Assembly (NCBI GenBank): GCA_964353335.1
Contig: CAYGVI010000003.1
Location: 99,308 to 123,307, forward strand
DNA from: an uncultured Methanosarcinales archaeon
GTDB lineage: Archaea > Nanobdellota > Nanobdellia > Woesearchaeales > ARS49
DNA length: 24,000 nucleotides
Direction of reading: 5' to 3'
The notes beneath the pieces are model-generated. The model did no database searches, was not told the DNA's origin, and was given only the letters and a program-made list of their open reading frames with translations. Below are positions 7,920 through 16,317 of this stretch, in pieces (within the stretch, counting starts at the first letter, position 1; the number at the start of each line of letters is the position of its first letter). The position numbers and the translations under genes were made by a program.

Positions 7920-7939
7920 TACGCATCTCCTCGCACGCC

Positions 7940-8374
7940 ATGCCCAAGGAGGAGAAAAGCGCAGGAGTTGTAATATTCAGGCGCGAGGGAAAGGAAATCC
8001 TCTACCTGCTTTTGTTCAAGAAGTACAAGACAGAATACTGGGACCTTGCAAAAGGCCACATTGAGAAGGGCGAGGCCCCTGTTGAGACAGCAAAAAGGGA
8101 GGCAATGGAAGAGACAGGCATCACAACCCTCAAATTCATTTCCGGCTTTGAGGAAAAACTCAGCTGGCTGTACAAACTCGAAGGAAAGCTTATCAGCAAG
8201 ACAGTGACTTATTACCTTGCTGAAACGCAGGCAAAAGAGGCAAAAATCTCATCAGAACACCTGAAATCAGGCTGGTTCACGCTTGAAGAAGCAGAAAAGG
8301 TATTAAAGCACAAAGATGCAAAGGAGCTTTTGAGGAAAGCGCAGAAATTCCTTGACAAAGATGAAAAACTCTGA
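7940..8374 (+). CDS. Nudix hydrolase (Ap4A hydrolase/MutT-like)
   Basis: Nudix box GHIEKGEAPVETAKREAMEETGI; ATG at 7940. Confidence 0.92.
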   Translation: MPKEEKSAGVVIFRREGKEILYLLLFKKYKTEYWDLAKGHIEKGEAPVETAKREAMEETGITTLKFISGFEEKLSWLYKLEGKLISKTVTYYLAETQAKEAKISSEHLKSGWFTLEEAEKVLKHKDAKELLRKAQKFLDKDEKL

Positions 8375-10076
8375 AATCGCTGACATTTTCTTTGAAATGG
8401 CTGACCTGCTGGACATGCAGGGAGTGCAGTGGAAGCCCCGCGCTTACAGGAACGCGGCAAGGGCAGTTGATTCTAGCGGCGATATTGAGATAATCCTGAA
8501 AAAAGGCGGAAAAAAAGCCCTGATGGAAATCCAGGGAGTGGGCGAAGCATTGGCTGACAAGATAATAGAGTATGTTCAGACAGGAAAAATAAAGGAATAC
8601 GAGCGCCTGACAGGAAAACTGCCAGAAGGAGTGCACGCAATGATGCACATAATGGGCGTTGGTCCGAAAAAAGCCTGGCGCCTGTACAAGGAGCTCGGCA
8701 TCAAGGGCGTTGACCAGCTTGAAAAGGCGTGCAAAAAAGGAAAACTAAGAACTCACAAGGGCTTTGGCGCGAAAACAGAGGAAGACATACTCAAAGGCAT
8801 AGCAACACTGAGAACAGGTCAGGAAAGAATCCTCCTCGGAAGGGCATGGGTTATCAGCCAGGAAATAATTAACCGCCTAAAAAAGCTGAAGCAAATCAGT
8901 GCAATAGAACCAGCTGGCTCATTAAGGAGAATGCAGGAAACAATCGGAGACATAGACATCCTTGTTATCTCGTCAAATCCTGAAATCGTAATGAACACAT
9001 TCACCACAATGCCAGATGTTGTCCGCGTGCTTGCAAAAGGGCAGACAAAGAGCTCTGTCCAGTTGAAAGAGGGCGTTAGCGCAGATGTCCGCGTGCTTGA
9101 GCCAAAGAGCTTTGGAGCTGCACTGCAATACTTTACAGGAAACAAGGAGCATAATATTGCTGTGCGCCAGATTGCAATAAAGAAAGGCTTGAAGCTCAGC
9201 GAGTATGGCTTGTTCAGGAAAAACAAGCAGATAGCAGGAAAAACAGAGGAAGAAGTTTACAAAAAGCTCGGCCTTGAATGGATTCCTCCTGAATTAAGGC
9301 AGAATGCAGGCGAAATAGAAGCTGCAAAAAACAAAAGCCTTCCCAAGCTTGTCAGCTATGACTCAATCAGGGGAGATTTGCACATGCATACAGGTTATAG
9401 CGACGGTGTAAACACCCCTGAGGAAATGATTCAGGCAGCGATAAAGATGGGCTATGAGTACGTTGCAATCACAGACCACAGCAAAAGCGAGCACATTGCC
9501 CACGGAATGGAGGAAAAGCGGCTCGCAAAGTACATCGCGGAAATAAACAAGCTGAAAAACAAGTATGCAGATAAAATTGCAGTGCTTTGCGGCTCAGAAG
9601 TCAACATTATGAATGACGGCTCGCTTGATTATGCCAAAAAAATCCTCAACCAGCTTGACTGGGTTGTGGGCTCAGTGCATTCAGGATTCAAAACACCAAA
9701 AGATGTTATGACCAAGCGCATCATCACTGCGATTGAAAGCGGAAACATGAATGTGCTTGCCCATCCGACAGGCAGGCTAATAGGCATAAGAAACCCCTAT
9801 GAAGTCGACATCAATAAGGTAATCAAAACTGCCAAGGAAAACAATGTTGCCTTGGAAATAAACGCATTCCCAGCAAGGCTTGACCTGAAAGACACGCACA
9901 TAAGAATGGCTGTTGAGGCAGGCGCAAAGCTCTGCATTGGCACTGATTCGCACAACACAAACCATCTTCCCCTGATGAAGTTCGGCATTGCACAGGCAAG
10001 GCGGGGCTGGGCAGGGGAAAAAGACATAATTAACACTTTGCCGTGGAAGAAGTTAGAAAAGTATATAAGGCGATAA
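8361..10076 (+). CDS. polX: DNA polymerase X family with C-terminal PHP domain (PolX)
   Basis: HhH region (MEIQGVGEALADKI, MGVGPKKAWRLY), pol-beta active site GSLRRMQETIGDIDILV, PHP motifs DLHMHTGYSDG, ITDHS, GSEVN, VHSGF, HPTGR, GTDSHN. Confidence 0.93.
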   Translation: MKNSEIADIFFEMADLLDMQGVQWKPRAYRNAARAVDSSGDIEIILKKGGKKALMEIQGVGEALADKIIEYVQTGKIKEYERLTGKLPEGVHAMMHIMGVGPKKAWRLYKELGIKGVDQLEKACKKGKLRTHKGFGAKTEEDILKGIATLRTGQERILLGRAWVISQEIINRLKKLKQISAIEPAGSLRRMQETIGDIDILVISSNPEIVMNTFTTMPDVVRVLAKGQTKSSVQLKEGVSADVRVLEPKSFGAALQYFTGNKEHNIAVRQIAIKKGLKLSEYGLFRKNKQIAGKTEEEVYKKLGLEWIPPELRQNAGEIEAAKNKSLPKLVSYDSIRGDLHMHTGYSDGVNTPEEMIQAAIKMGYEYVAITDHSKSEHIAHGMEEKRLAKYIAEINKLKNKYADKIAVLCGSEVNIMNDGSLDYAKKILNQLDWVVGSVHSGFKTPKDVMTKRIITAIESGNMNVLAHPTGRLIGIRNPYEVDINKVIKTAKENNVALEINAFPARLDLKDTHIRMAVEAGAKLCIGTDSHNTNHLPLMKFGIAQARRGWAGEKDIINTLPWKKLEKYIRR

Positions 10077-10092
10077 ACAAAGAGGATAAAAA

Positions 10093-10365
10093 ATGACCTT
10101 CAAAGAAGTTCTAAAGCAAAAAGTGCCTGCGCATTTGCAGCAGACTCCTGAATTCCCGATAATCATGAAAATGATTCAGGGCGAAAAAATAACAGGCGCT
10201 GAAAGCCTGAGGCACTGGCTTAATGTCGAGATGCAAAAGTGCAAAAACGACCTCAAGGAGTTTGACCAGGCAGGCTCAACAATGAACCGCAAGCGCGTGC
10301 GCTGCGCAGACAAAATGCAGCTCCTTAACCTCGTCCAGGACAAGATTTTACCTTACGTGAAATAA
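10093..10365 (+). CDS. Hypothetical protein, 90 aa
   Basis: Complete ORF, TATATAAG centred 27.5 nt upstream; overlaps the DUF192 start by 1 nt. Confidence 0.65.
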   Translation: MTFKEVLKQKVPAHLQQTPEFPIIMKMIQGEKITGAESLRHWLNVEMQKCKNDLKEFDQAGSTMNRKRVRCADKMQLLNLVQDKILPYVK

Positions 10366-10706
10366 TGATTAAGAACATCACCAAAGACAAAATTCTCGCG
10401 CAAAACTGCAATATTTGCAGGAATTTTCTCACAAGAGGGCTTGGATTGATGTTCAGGAAGAAAATGACACCGACAGTCCTTGCCTTCAGAAAGCAAAACA
10501 CAGCTGCAATCCACACTTATTTTGTAAAACACTACCTTGACATCCTCTTCCTGAATGACCAGTGGGAAGTCATAGACCTCATAGAAGGCCTGCAGCCAAA
10601 GAACTTCTACACCCCAAAGCATAAGGCGATGTTTGTCGTCGAGCTGCCAGAAGGCGCAATAGCAAAATCAAAGACTTCAGTAGGCGATGTGATAAACTTT
10701 AAATAG
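10365..10706 (+). CDS. DUF192 family protein
   Basis: RGLGLMFRKKM...LAFRKQN...IHTYFVKHYLDILFLNDQWEVI...MFVVELPEGAI...VGDVINF follows the DUF192 pattern. Confidence 0.8.
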   Translation: MIKNITKDKILAQNCNICRNFLTRGLGLMFRKKMTPTVLAFRKQNTAAIHTYFVKHYLDILFLNDQWEVIDLIEGLQPKNFYTPKHKAMFVVELPEGAIAKSKTSVGDVINFK

Positions 10707-10731
10707 GGCACAAGAAGTTATTCTCAATAAC

Positions 10732-10806
10732 GGGAGTGTAGTATAACTTGGCTTAGTATAGGGGCCTCCAGAGCCTCGGATCGGGGTTCAAATCCCTGCA
10801 CTCCCA
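10732..10806 (+). tRNA. tRNA-Trp (anticodon CCA), intron-less
   Basis: Acceptor GGGAGTG/CACTCCC, anticodon arm GGGGC-CTCCAGA-GCCTC, T arm CGGGG-TTCAAAT-CCCTG, D loop AACTTGGCTTA, discriminator A; TTTAAATA about 30 nt upstream. Confidence 0.93.
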
Positions 10807-10807
10807 C

Positions 10808-11464
10808 TTATTTTTTAATGACTTCTGTTAAGCACCCATTCAAGTTTTTTACAATCTGTGCCAGATGACGTTTCTTTTTAGGATGCTTAAAACCGATAAA
10901 TTGGGCGTAATTAGCAATGGAATCCCTATAAATGGTAAGATGATACGAAAAGAATTGCCTGCATTTGTAAGGCCCGCGTAGGTTCGAGTTAATCCCGAAT
11001 TCACCCAATACCTTTTGAACCTGTTTAAGCCCTTTTTCATTGACCATATTGAGCACAATCCTTTTTTGCGGCACAGAAACATGCGCTTCATCGTCGAAAA
11101 AAGCCTGAAGCCACGCAGTTCTTACTTCACTGCTTGCAGAAATGACTTCTTCTGGAATAAACCATGTGAAAGACTTTAATGCCCCTAATCTTGTAACCAT
11201 TTCATAAATCCATTTAGAAGAAACTTCGTATTCATATTTCTTCTTTGGCACCACTTTTCTGTCAAATTCTTTTTTGACGTCATCAGTAAATTGTTTAATC
11301 AAAGCAGGCTCGGTATTTACGTATCGCACATACCATCTTGTTTGGGTTTTCTTCTTTCTTGGATGTGAAATCAGCTCTTTCTCAGACCGCCTTTGCTGGT
11401 AAACACAAGAATAACCGTCACCAGCAATATGCGCCACAATCCTTGCAAGCTCAGGGCTTATCAT
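10808..11464 (-). CDS. Free-standing LAGLIDADG homing endonuclease
   Basis: Two LAGLIDADG-like motifs: ARIVAHIAGDG and TAWLQAFFDDEA; separate TTTATAAC box centred 26.5 nt from the ATG at 11464. Confidence 0.85.
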   Translation of the reverse strand: MISPELARIVAHIAGDGYSCVYQQRRSEKELISHPRKKKTQTRWYVRYVNTEPALIKQFTDDVKKEFDRKVVPKKKYEYEVSSKWIYEMVTRLGALKSFTWFIPEEVISASSEVRTAWLQAFFDDEAHVSVPQKRIVLNMVNEKGLKQVQKVLGEFGINSNLRGPYKCRQFFSYHLTIYRDSIANYAQFIGFKHPKKKRHLAQIVKNLNGCLTEVIKK

Positions 11465-11560
11465 CAAATTCCAAGAAATCTCCTGCTTTATAACCCGTGC
11501 GCGACCGTGTCCAGTGACCAGTGTGTTTTATCGACGAGAAAATGTCGGAAAGTTTACGGT

Positions 11561-14032
11561 TCACTCAAGCCCGATCAGCTTCTTTGCCTGCTTTCTGAAG
11601 AATATCAATGCAAGCACGATAAGAATCAATATTGAGTATCCAAGCACTCGTCCTGCGTTTCTCTTCCACCAGGTTGGAATCCTGTCTGGCTCAACAACAA
11701 GCTCAACAGGGTTGCTCCTGACTATTCCGCCTTTGCCGTCTTCTGCTGTGAACACAACGCGCTCTGTTCCATACCAGCCGTAATGCGGTGTAAGAATTGC
11801 GTTGCTGCCTGAGAACATTACCTCAACATTGCTTGCCTGAGTCGAACTAAATGTCAAAACGTCATTGTCAGGGTCCTTGAAATACTGGCCCAAATCAAGA
11901 GTTTGCTGTGTGTCCTGCTTCCATATCTGCGCAGGGATTCCGATTGTAGGAGTCCTGTTGACCTGCACTATAATCGCGATTGAAATAAGCGCTATCAACG
12001 CAACAATGATGAATATCGTGGGCAAAACCCATCTGCCAAGCCTGCTTTCCTTCTGCGCTTTCTTGCCTGGCTTTCCGACTATTGCGAATTCGCCGAGGTT
12101 CTCTGCATCTGCAACAAAGTAAACATACTTGTCATCTGTGCTGACAGGCTCTGCGACTATGCTGTTCCACCTGTCTGTGCCAAGGTGGTAAAGCCTTACT
12201 GAGCTTGGCGCAACATTGTGCCTGAGCATCCAGGATTTCCTGACCTTGAACCTTACGCGCACATCAGAAACCATGTCTTTTTCAACATTGGCGTCAACCA
12301 CAAATGTCTGGTAGACGCAGTCTGAATATGGCGGCACAGTTGGCTTGCAGCGCTTTGCTGTCATAACCAGCTTCTCGACGACAGTGTTGAGCTTGAATGT
12401 GACTTCAGCAAGCCCTTTCTTCCACTTGGTCTCAAAGTGCAATACCTTGTTGGCAAGTGCAAGCTTCCAGCGCCTGTGCGCAAACTTGTTCCTTCTTATG
12501 CGGTGCAAAATAAGTATGATAAACAGTACAATTATTCCAGCGATGACCGTCTTAGCGCTGAGCAGCTCGCTGTAAGTCAATCCCAGTGCGATAACAGCCA
12601 AAACAATGAGCAGCAAAACAAACTTCAAAAGCCTCTTTGCAGGTATCCTGAATCCCTTTACAACTTCATCCTTTGATATGACGAGGTTTTCCCTGCGAAG
12701 CTGCTTTTCGTAGTCCTTCTGCGCCCTCTGCCTTTCTTTTTCAATTTCCTTCTGGCGCCTTTCCTCTTCCTTTGCCTCTTCCTCTTCCTCGCGCTTCTTC
12801 TGCTCTGCAAGCGCTTTCTTCTCGTCTTCGCGGGCTTTCTTCTTTGCTTCCTTCTCAATCCTGCGCTGTTCCTTCAAGCGCGCCCTTTCAGCCCTTCTTT
12901 CTGCCCTTCTTGCCTTTGACTCAGGCGAATTATAGCTCTTTATGCCCATTACGACAAGAACCAAAAGGACAATGAGCACGATTATTGCGAGGATTGTGTA
13001 AATAAGGTATTCTGCGAACAATTTGTCAGCGAAAGTCGGGTTCTTCAAAACAATGGTCAATTCCTTGGTGTATTCCTTTCCTGTTGCCTCAACTATTGCT
13101 GTAAGCACGAGCGGATAGCTTCCCTGCGGAGTTGTTTCTGTCGGCTGGATGACAAGCTTTACGTTTTCGCTGTCGCGCGCTGCAATCGTGACCTGCTCAG
13201 GCTGGACTGTGATAAATGTGGCTCCTTCAAGGCGCAAAAGGTAAGTTGTGCTCCTGTCGCCTGTGTTGACAATCTCAAGCTGTGCTTCCTGTGGCTCGAC
13301 AACAGCGCGTATCTTGTTGACGCCTGTTGCAATCTCAGGAATGTCTGAATCATTTATGTGCAAATACATCTCTATTTCTGCTGCAATTTTGCTTTTCTCA
13401 GTTGAAACGCGCAATACAGGAGTGAAGTCGCCTGACAATGTGCAGTCCTGTGAATGCACTGTGATTGTGATTTGCGCGTTTTCGCGCGGCTCAAGTGTGA
13501 GTGTTTCGTCGCTAATCGCGGTTTCCTGAGGCGAACCGATGACGTTCAATTTGTATGTCTCTGCGAAATCAGCAGGGTTTGAAAGCGTAAAGTGAAAGTC
13601 TGCAGGCTCGCAGGGCATAATTCCCTTTGAAAACACTACAGGGGTAAGCAAAAGGTTGTTTGGAGTCTGGACAATTATTTCCTGCGAGAGCATAAGCTCA
13701 AGCTCATTTGTGAGTATTGATACATCAAGCACCTCATCCTCTGCGTCGCACGGGATGCTGATAAATTCCTGCACAATCTGGCTCTGGCCAGGGTTAAGCG
13801 CGAATGATTCAGGCGAGAAAGTAACCCATTCCTTTGCATTTCCCTCTGCCACAAGCTCATAAACGCTTGGAACGTCGCCTGAGTTGGCGACAGTTATCTG
13901 CCCCTCTGCAGGGCTGCATGCGAATGTGAGAATCCTTCCTGTCCCTGCTGCTGTGAAATCCTCTGCTGCAAGAACTGAAGATATTACAAGCAGGAAAACC
14001 GCGAACCATGTCCAAACGTTTCTGCTTGTCAT
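11561..14032 (-). CDS. Large multi-domain membrane/surface protein: signal peptide, Ig-like domains, TM, charged coiled-coil, two TMs, PGF-pre-PGF-like domain, TM, cadherin-like domain, C-terminal TM
   Basis: Domain order read from the translation; ATG (MTSRNVWTWFAVFLL) at 14032; track start at 14074 is a GTG extension. Confidence 0.8.
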   Translation of the reverse strand: MTSRNVWTWFAVFLLVISSVLAAEDFTAAGTGRILTFACSPAEGQITVANSGDVPSVYELVAEGNAKEWVTFSPESFALNPGQSQIVQEFISIPCDAEDEVLDVSILTNELELMLSQEIIVQTPNNLLLTPVVFSKGIMPCEPADFHFTLSNPADFAETYKLNVIGSPQETAISDETLTLEPRENAQITITVHSQDCTLSGDFTPVLRVSTEKSKIAAEIEMYLHINDSDIPEIATGVNKIRAVVEPQEAQLEIVNTGDRSTTYLLRLEGATFITVQPEQVTIAARDSENVKLVIQPTETTPQGSYPLVLTAIVEATGKEYTKELTIVLKNPTFADKLFAEYLIYTILAIIVLIVLLVLVVMGIKSYNSPESKARRAERRAERARLKEQRRIEKEAKKKAREDEKKALAEQKKREEEEEAKEEERRQKEIEKERQRAQKDYEKQLRRENLVISKDEVVKGFRIPAKRLLKFVLLLIVLAVIALGLTYSELLSAKTVIAGIIVLFIILILHRIRRNKFAHRRWKLALANKVLHFETKWKKGLAEVTFKLNTVVEKLVMTAKRCKPTVPPYSDCVYQTFVVDANVEKDMVSDVRVRFKVRKSWMLRHNVAPSSVRLYHLGTDRWNSIVAEPVSTDDKYVYFVADAENLGEFAIVGKPGKKAQKESRLGRWVLPTIFIIVALIALISIAIIVQVNRTPTIGIPAQIWKQDTQQTLDLGQYFKDPDNDVLTFSSTQASNVEVMFSGSNAILTPHYGWYGTERVVFTAEDGKGGIVRSNPVELVVEPDRIPTWWKRNAGRVLGYSILILIVLALIFFRKQAKKLIGLE

Positions 14033-14100
14033 TTTGTCTGCTCCGGGTGTGCCATGTGGTTCAGCGCAGGGCACAGGAGAAAAAATGAAAACTCACAAGC

Positions 14101-15375
14101 TTAGTAATAAGCCTGCGGTTGCTGATCTTGCTGTGGCTGTGCCTCTTCTCCCTCGTCACCCTTCAGGCGGCTGAATCCGATAACCAGCCCGAGTATAACA
14201 AGCAAAACCACGAGCACGATAAGGCCCCACTCGAGGACTGACCTTGCTGCGCTCTTGCCGCCCTTTGCGACATTTGCTGTCAGCTGGATGTTCTCAAGTG
14301 ATTGTCCGTTTGTGCTTATGGCTGCAGTCACAACCTGTGCTCCGACAGGCGCATCGCTTCCTGCTGTGACAAAGACATAGACAGTTTCTGTCTTGCCTGC
14401 GTCAAGCACGAGTGTGCTGGTCGGAGTTATCTTGACTGTTGCCCAATCGCCTGCCTCAACAGCTACGGTGTAGGACTTGCTTGTCCTTCCGGAGTTTGTG
14501 ATTGTAAGCGGGAAAACCGCAGTGCCGCCCTGTGCGACGTTTTCAAGCTGGCTTCCAACCGATATGGTTGTCTTTGCCTTTGCTGTAGTGGCTGCTGAGC
14601 CGTCTTCGCAGGTGTCGTCCGCAAGGACTTCCATCTGCTTGACAGCGCGCTCCTTCTTGAATCCGTCGTCGTATGAGACTTCAACCTCGACGTCATAGAC
14701 GCCTGGCTTTGCGCACTTTGGTATCCTCAAATAGAGCTCCTCAGTCTCCTTTTCCTCGTCGTTGTTCGGGACTTCATCAATGTAGTCCGAAGCTGTTACG
14801 CCGAGCTGGGGGATGCTTGCTGTAACCTTGACATCAGTTTCGTCCTTTTCTCCCAGGTTCCTGACACGGATTACTCCGAGCAAGGCGCTTCCTGCCTTGA
14901 TTTTTGTGTCCGGGTTGAATGAGATGTCACGGATCATCATTCCGTGGCGCGGGACGTCAATCTTGATGTTGTAATTCTGGACGAGTTCCTCTGCGTTGCG
15001 GTCTGAGAATATCAGGCGCAGCTTGTAGGAGTCCTCTTCAAAGAATGTGTGTACTGGTATTGTGAGTGTCTTGCGGTATGTGACATTTGCGTCTGCGTCA
15101 AAAGTGCTTGTTGAGTCTGATGCAGGCATAATGTCGCTGTGCTCATCGCCGCTGAAGAACGCCTGGATTTCCATGTCGTTGACGTCCTGAGAAGGCGTGA
15201 AAACAACCTTGACTTCTATCTTGTCGCCGCGGAGGACGTCCAAGAGGTTTGATGCGTCTGCGCGCATCTCAATGTCATCAACTTTGACCTGCTCAACTGT
15301 TATTGGCAGTGCAAATGCTGTGGTTGCCAGTGCTATTGCGAGCACAAGCATCAATGCGATTTTGAGTGGATTCAT
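14101..15375 (-). CDS. Secreted membrane-anchored CARDB/NEW3-type surface protein (S-layer-like)
   Basis: Signal peptide MNPLKIALMLVLAIALATTAFA, tandem Ig-like domains, C-terminal TM GLIVLVVLLVILGLVIGF and Q/P-rich tail. Confidence 0.8.
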   Translation of the reverse strand: MNPLKIALMLVLAIALATTAFALPITVEQVKVDDIEMRADASNLLDVLRGDKIEVKVVFTPSQDVNDMEIQAFFSGDEHSDIMPASDSTSTFDADANVTYRKTLTIPVHTFFEEDSYKLRLIFSDRNAEELVQNYNIKIDVPRHGMMIRDISFNPDTKIKAGSALLGVIRVRNLGEKDETDVKVTASIPQLGVTASDYIDEVPNNDEEKETEELYLRIPKCAKPGVYDVEVEVSYDDGFKKERAVKQMEVLADDTCEDGSAATTAKAKTTISVGSQLENVAQGGTAVFPLTITNSGRTSKSYTVAVEAGDWATVKITPTSTLVLDAGKTETVYVFVTAGSDAPVGAQVVTAAISTNGQSLENIQLTANVAKGGKSAARSVLEWGLIVLVVLLVILGLVIGFSRLKGDEGEEAQPQQDQQPQAYY

Positions 15376-15465
15376 CTTCAATATACCCCCATTGTTTTTG
15401 TGGTTCCTGATGATTTGGAAGTTCAGCCCGTTTATAAAGGTTTCGCTTTTTTACCTATTCTGCAG

Positions 15466-15493
15466 TAGTGAAACACTATCATCTACTGATAGT
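15466..15493. other. Mutually exclusive small hairpins TAGTG-AAA-CACTA and ACTATC-N7-GATAGT
   Basis: Perfect inverted repeats overlapping the 3' end of the 15483-16280 gene. Confidence 0.45.
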
Positions 15494-16280
15494 CAATTAC
15501 CTCGATTTCACGGTGCACTATGCGCTGTGCGTCCTCGTTGTAAACCTGCAGCCTTACCGAATAGGTTCCCTCACCCATTTCCTCAGGCAGGTCAAGCAGG
15601 ACTGTGCTTGTGACTTTCTCGCCTGCGTCAACATCCATCGGGCCTATTGTTGCCCTGACAGAGATGTCCGGTATCATTATGATGACTTTTGTGTTGTCAA
15701 GGTCGTGCGTTCCCTTGTTCTGAAAGGTTATGCGCAGCGCCACCTGGTCGCCAGGCAGCTCCTCGTACGGGTTGTGAAGGAAAATATTGTGTATGAAAAT
15801 CTGGAGTGACTCATCGCTTTTAGGCGAAGGTGATGGTGAAGGTGTTGGCACCGGAACAGGGCAAGTGCCTGTCTGTTCGCATGAAACAGGAGGAATTACC
15901 GGAGGCCATTCAGGAAGCTCTGGCTGTTCGTCAGGCCCCTGAGGGTTTCCAGGAATGTCTCCGCCAATTGGCCCGAAATCGTCGTCAAAAGGATCCCAGA
16001 TGCCGTCGCCGGATACGCTGTCGTCCTGCCCGCCTGGGCCTGTATTTTCAGGAACAAAGCCTGTGTCCTGGTCAGGGGTAAATCCGCCGTTCACATCGTT
16101 TGTAAAGCCGATGCTGTTGTCGTTTGTAAAGCCGGAATCGTCCATCGGGTCTATTCCGAAATCAAAATCAGGGGTGAACCCGCCGTCAAACATTTCTGCT
16201 GTTGCGAGAAATGGCACTGCGATTACAACAAGCGCTGCAAGCGCGCTGAACATTGCCGTATTCCATTGTCTCGCGTTCAT
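15483..16280 (-). CDS. Secreted protein with Asp/Gly/Phe-rich repeats, Pro/Ser stalk and a C-terminal CARDB-like domain
   Basis: Signal peptide; GGFTPD/GFTND repeats; PVPTPSPSPSP stalk; Ig-like C-terminus. Confidence 0.75.
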   Translation of the reverse strand: MNARQWNTAMFSALAALVVIAVPFLATAEMFDGGFTPDFDFGIDPMDDSGFTNDNSIGFTNDVNGGFTPDQDTGFVPENTGPGGQDDSVSGDGIWDPFDDDFGPIGGDIPGNPQGPDEQPELPEWPPVIPPVSCEQTGTCPVPVPTPSPSPSPKSDESLQIFIHNIFLHNPYEELPGDQVALRITFQNKGTHDLDNTKVIIMIPDISVRATIGPMDVDAGEKVTSTVLLDLPEEMGEGTYSVRLQVYNEDAQRIVHREIEVIDYQ

Positions 16281-16317
16281 TTTCAGGTCCTATAATAATA
16301 TTGTAAAATGAAAAAAA

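Noticed and set aside
7802-7939. Track extension of the Nudix ORF upstream of 7940
   Set aside because: The extension is antisense to the lipoprotein signal region; ATG 7940 fits the TATA position and the Nudix N-terminus.
10811-10816. T6 run after tRNA-Trp as a dedicated terminator
   Set aside because: It may act as one, but it also encodes the Lys-rich C-terminus of the endonuclease on the other strand, so it was not listed as a separate feature.
15410-15492. Possible C/D box sRNA (TGATGA ... CTGA)
   Set aside because: C and D boxes are about 80 nt apart with no convincing C'/D' pair or terminal stem; likely chance.
15197-15809. Plus-strand ORFs of 138 and 113 aa
   Set aside because: Antisense to surface protein genes, no motif or promoter support.
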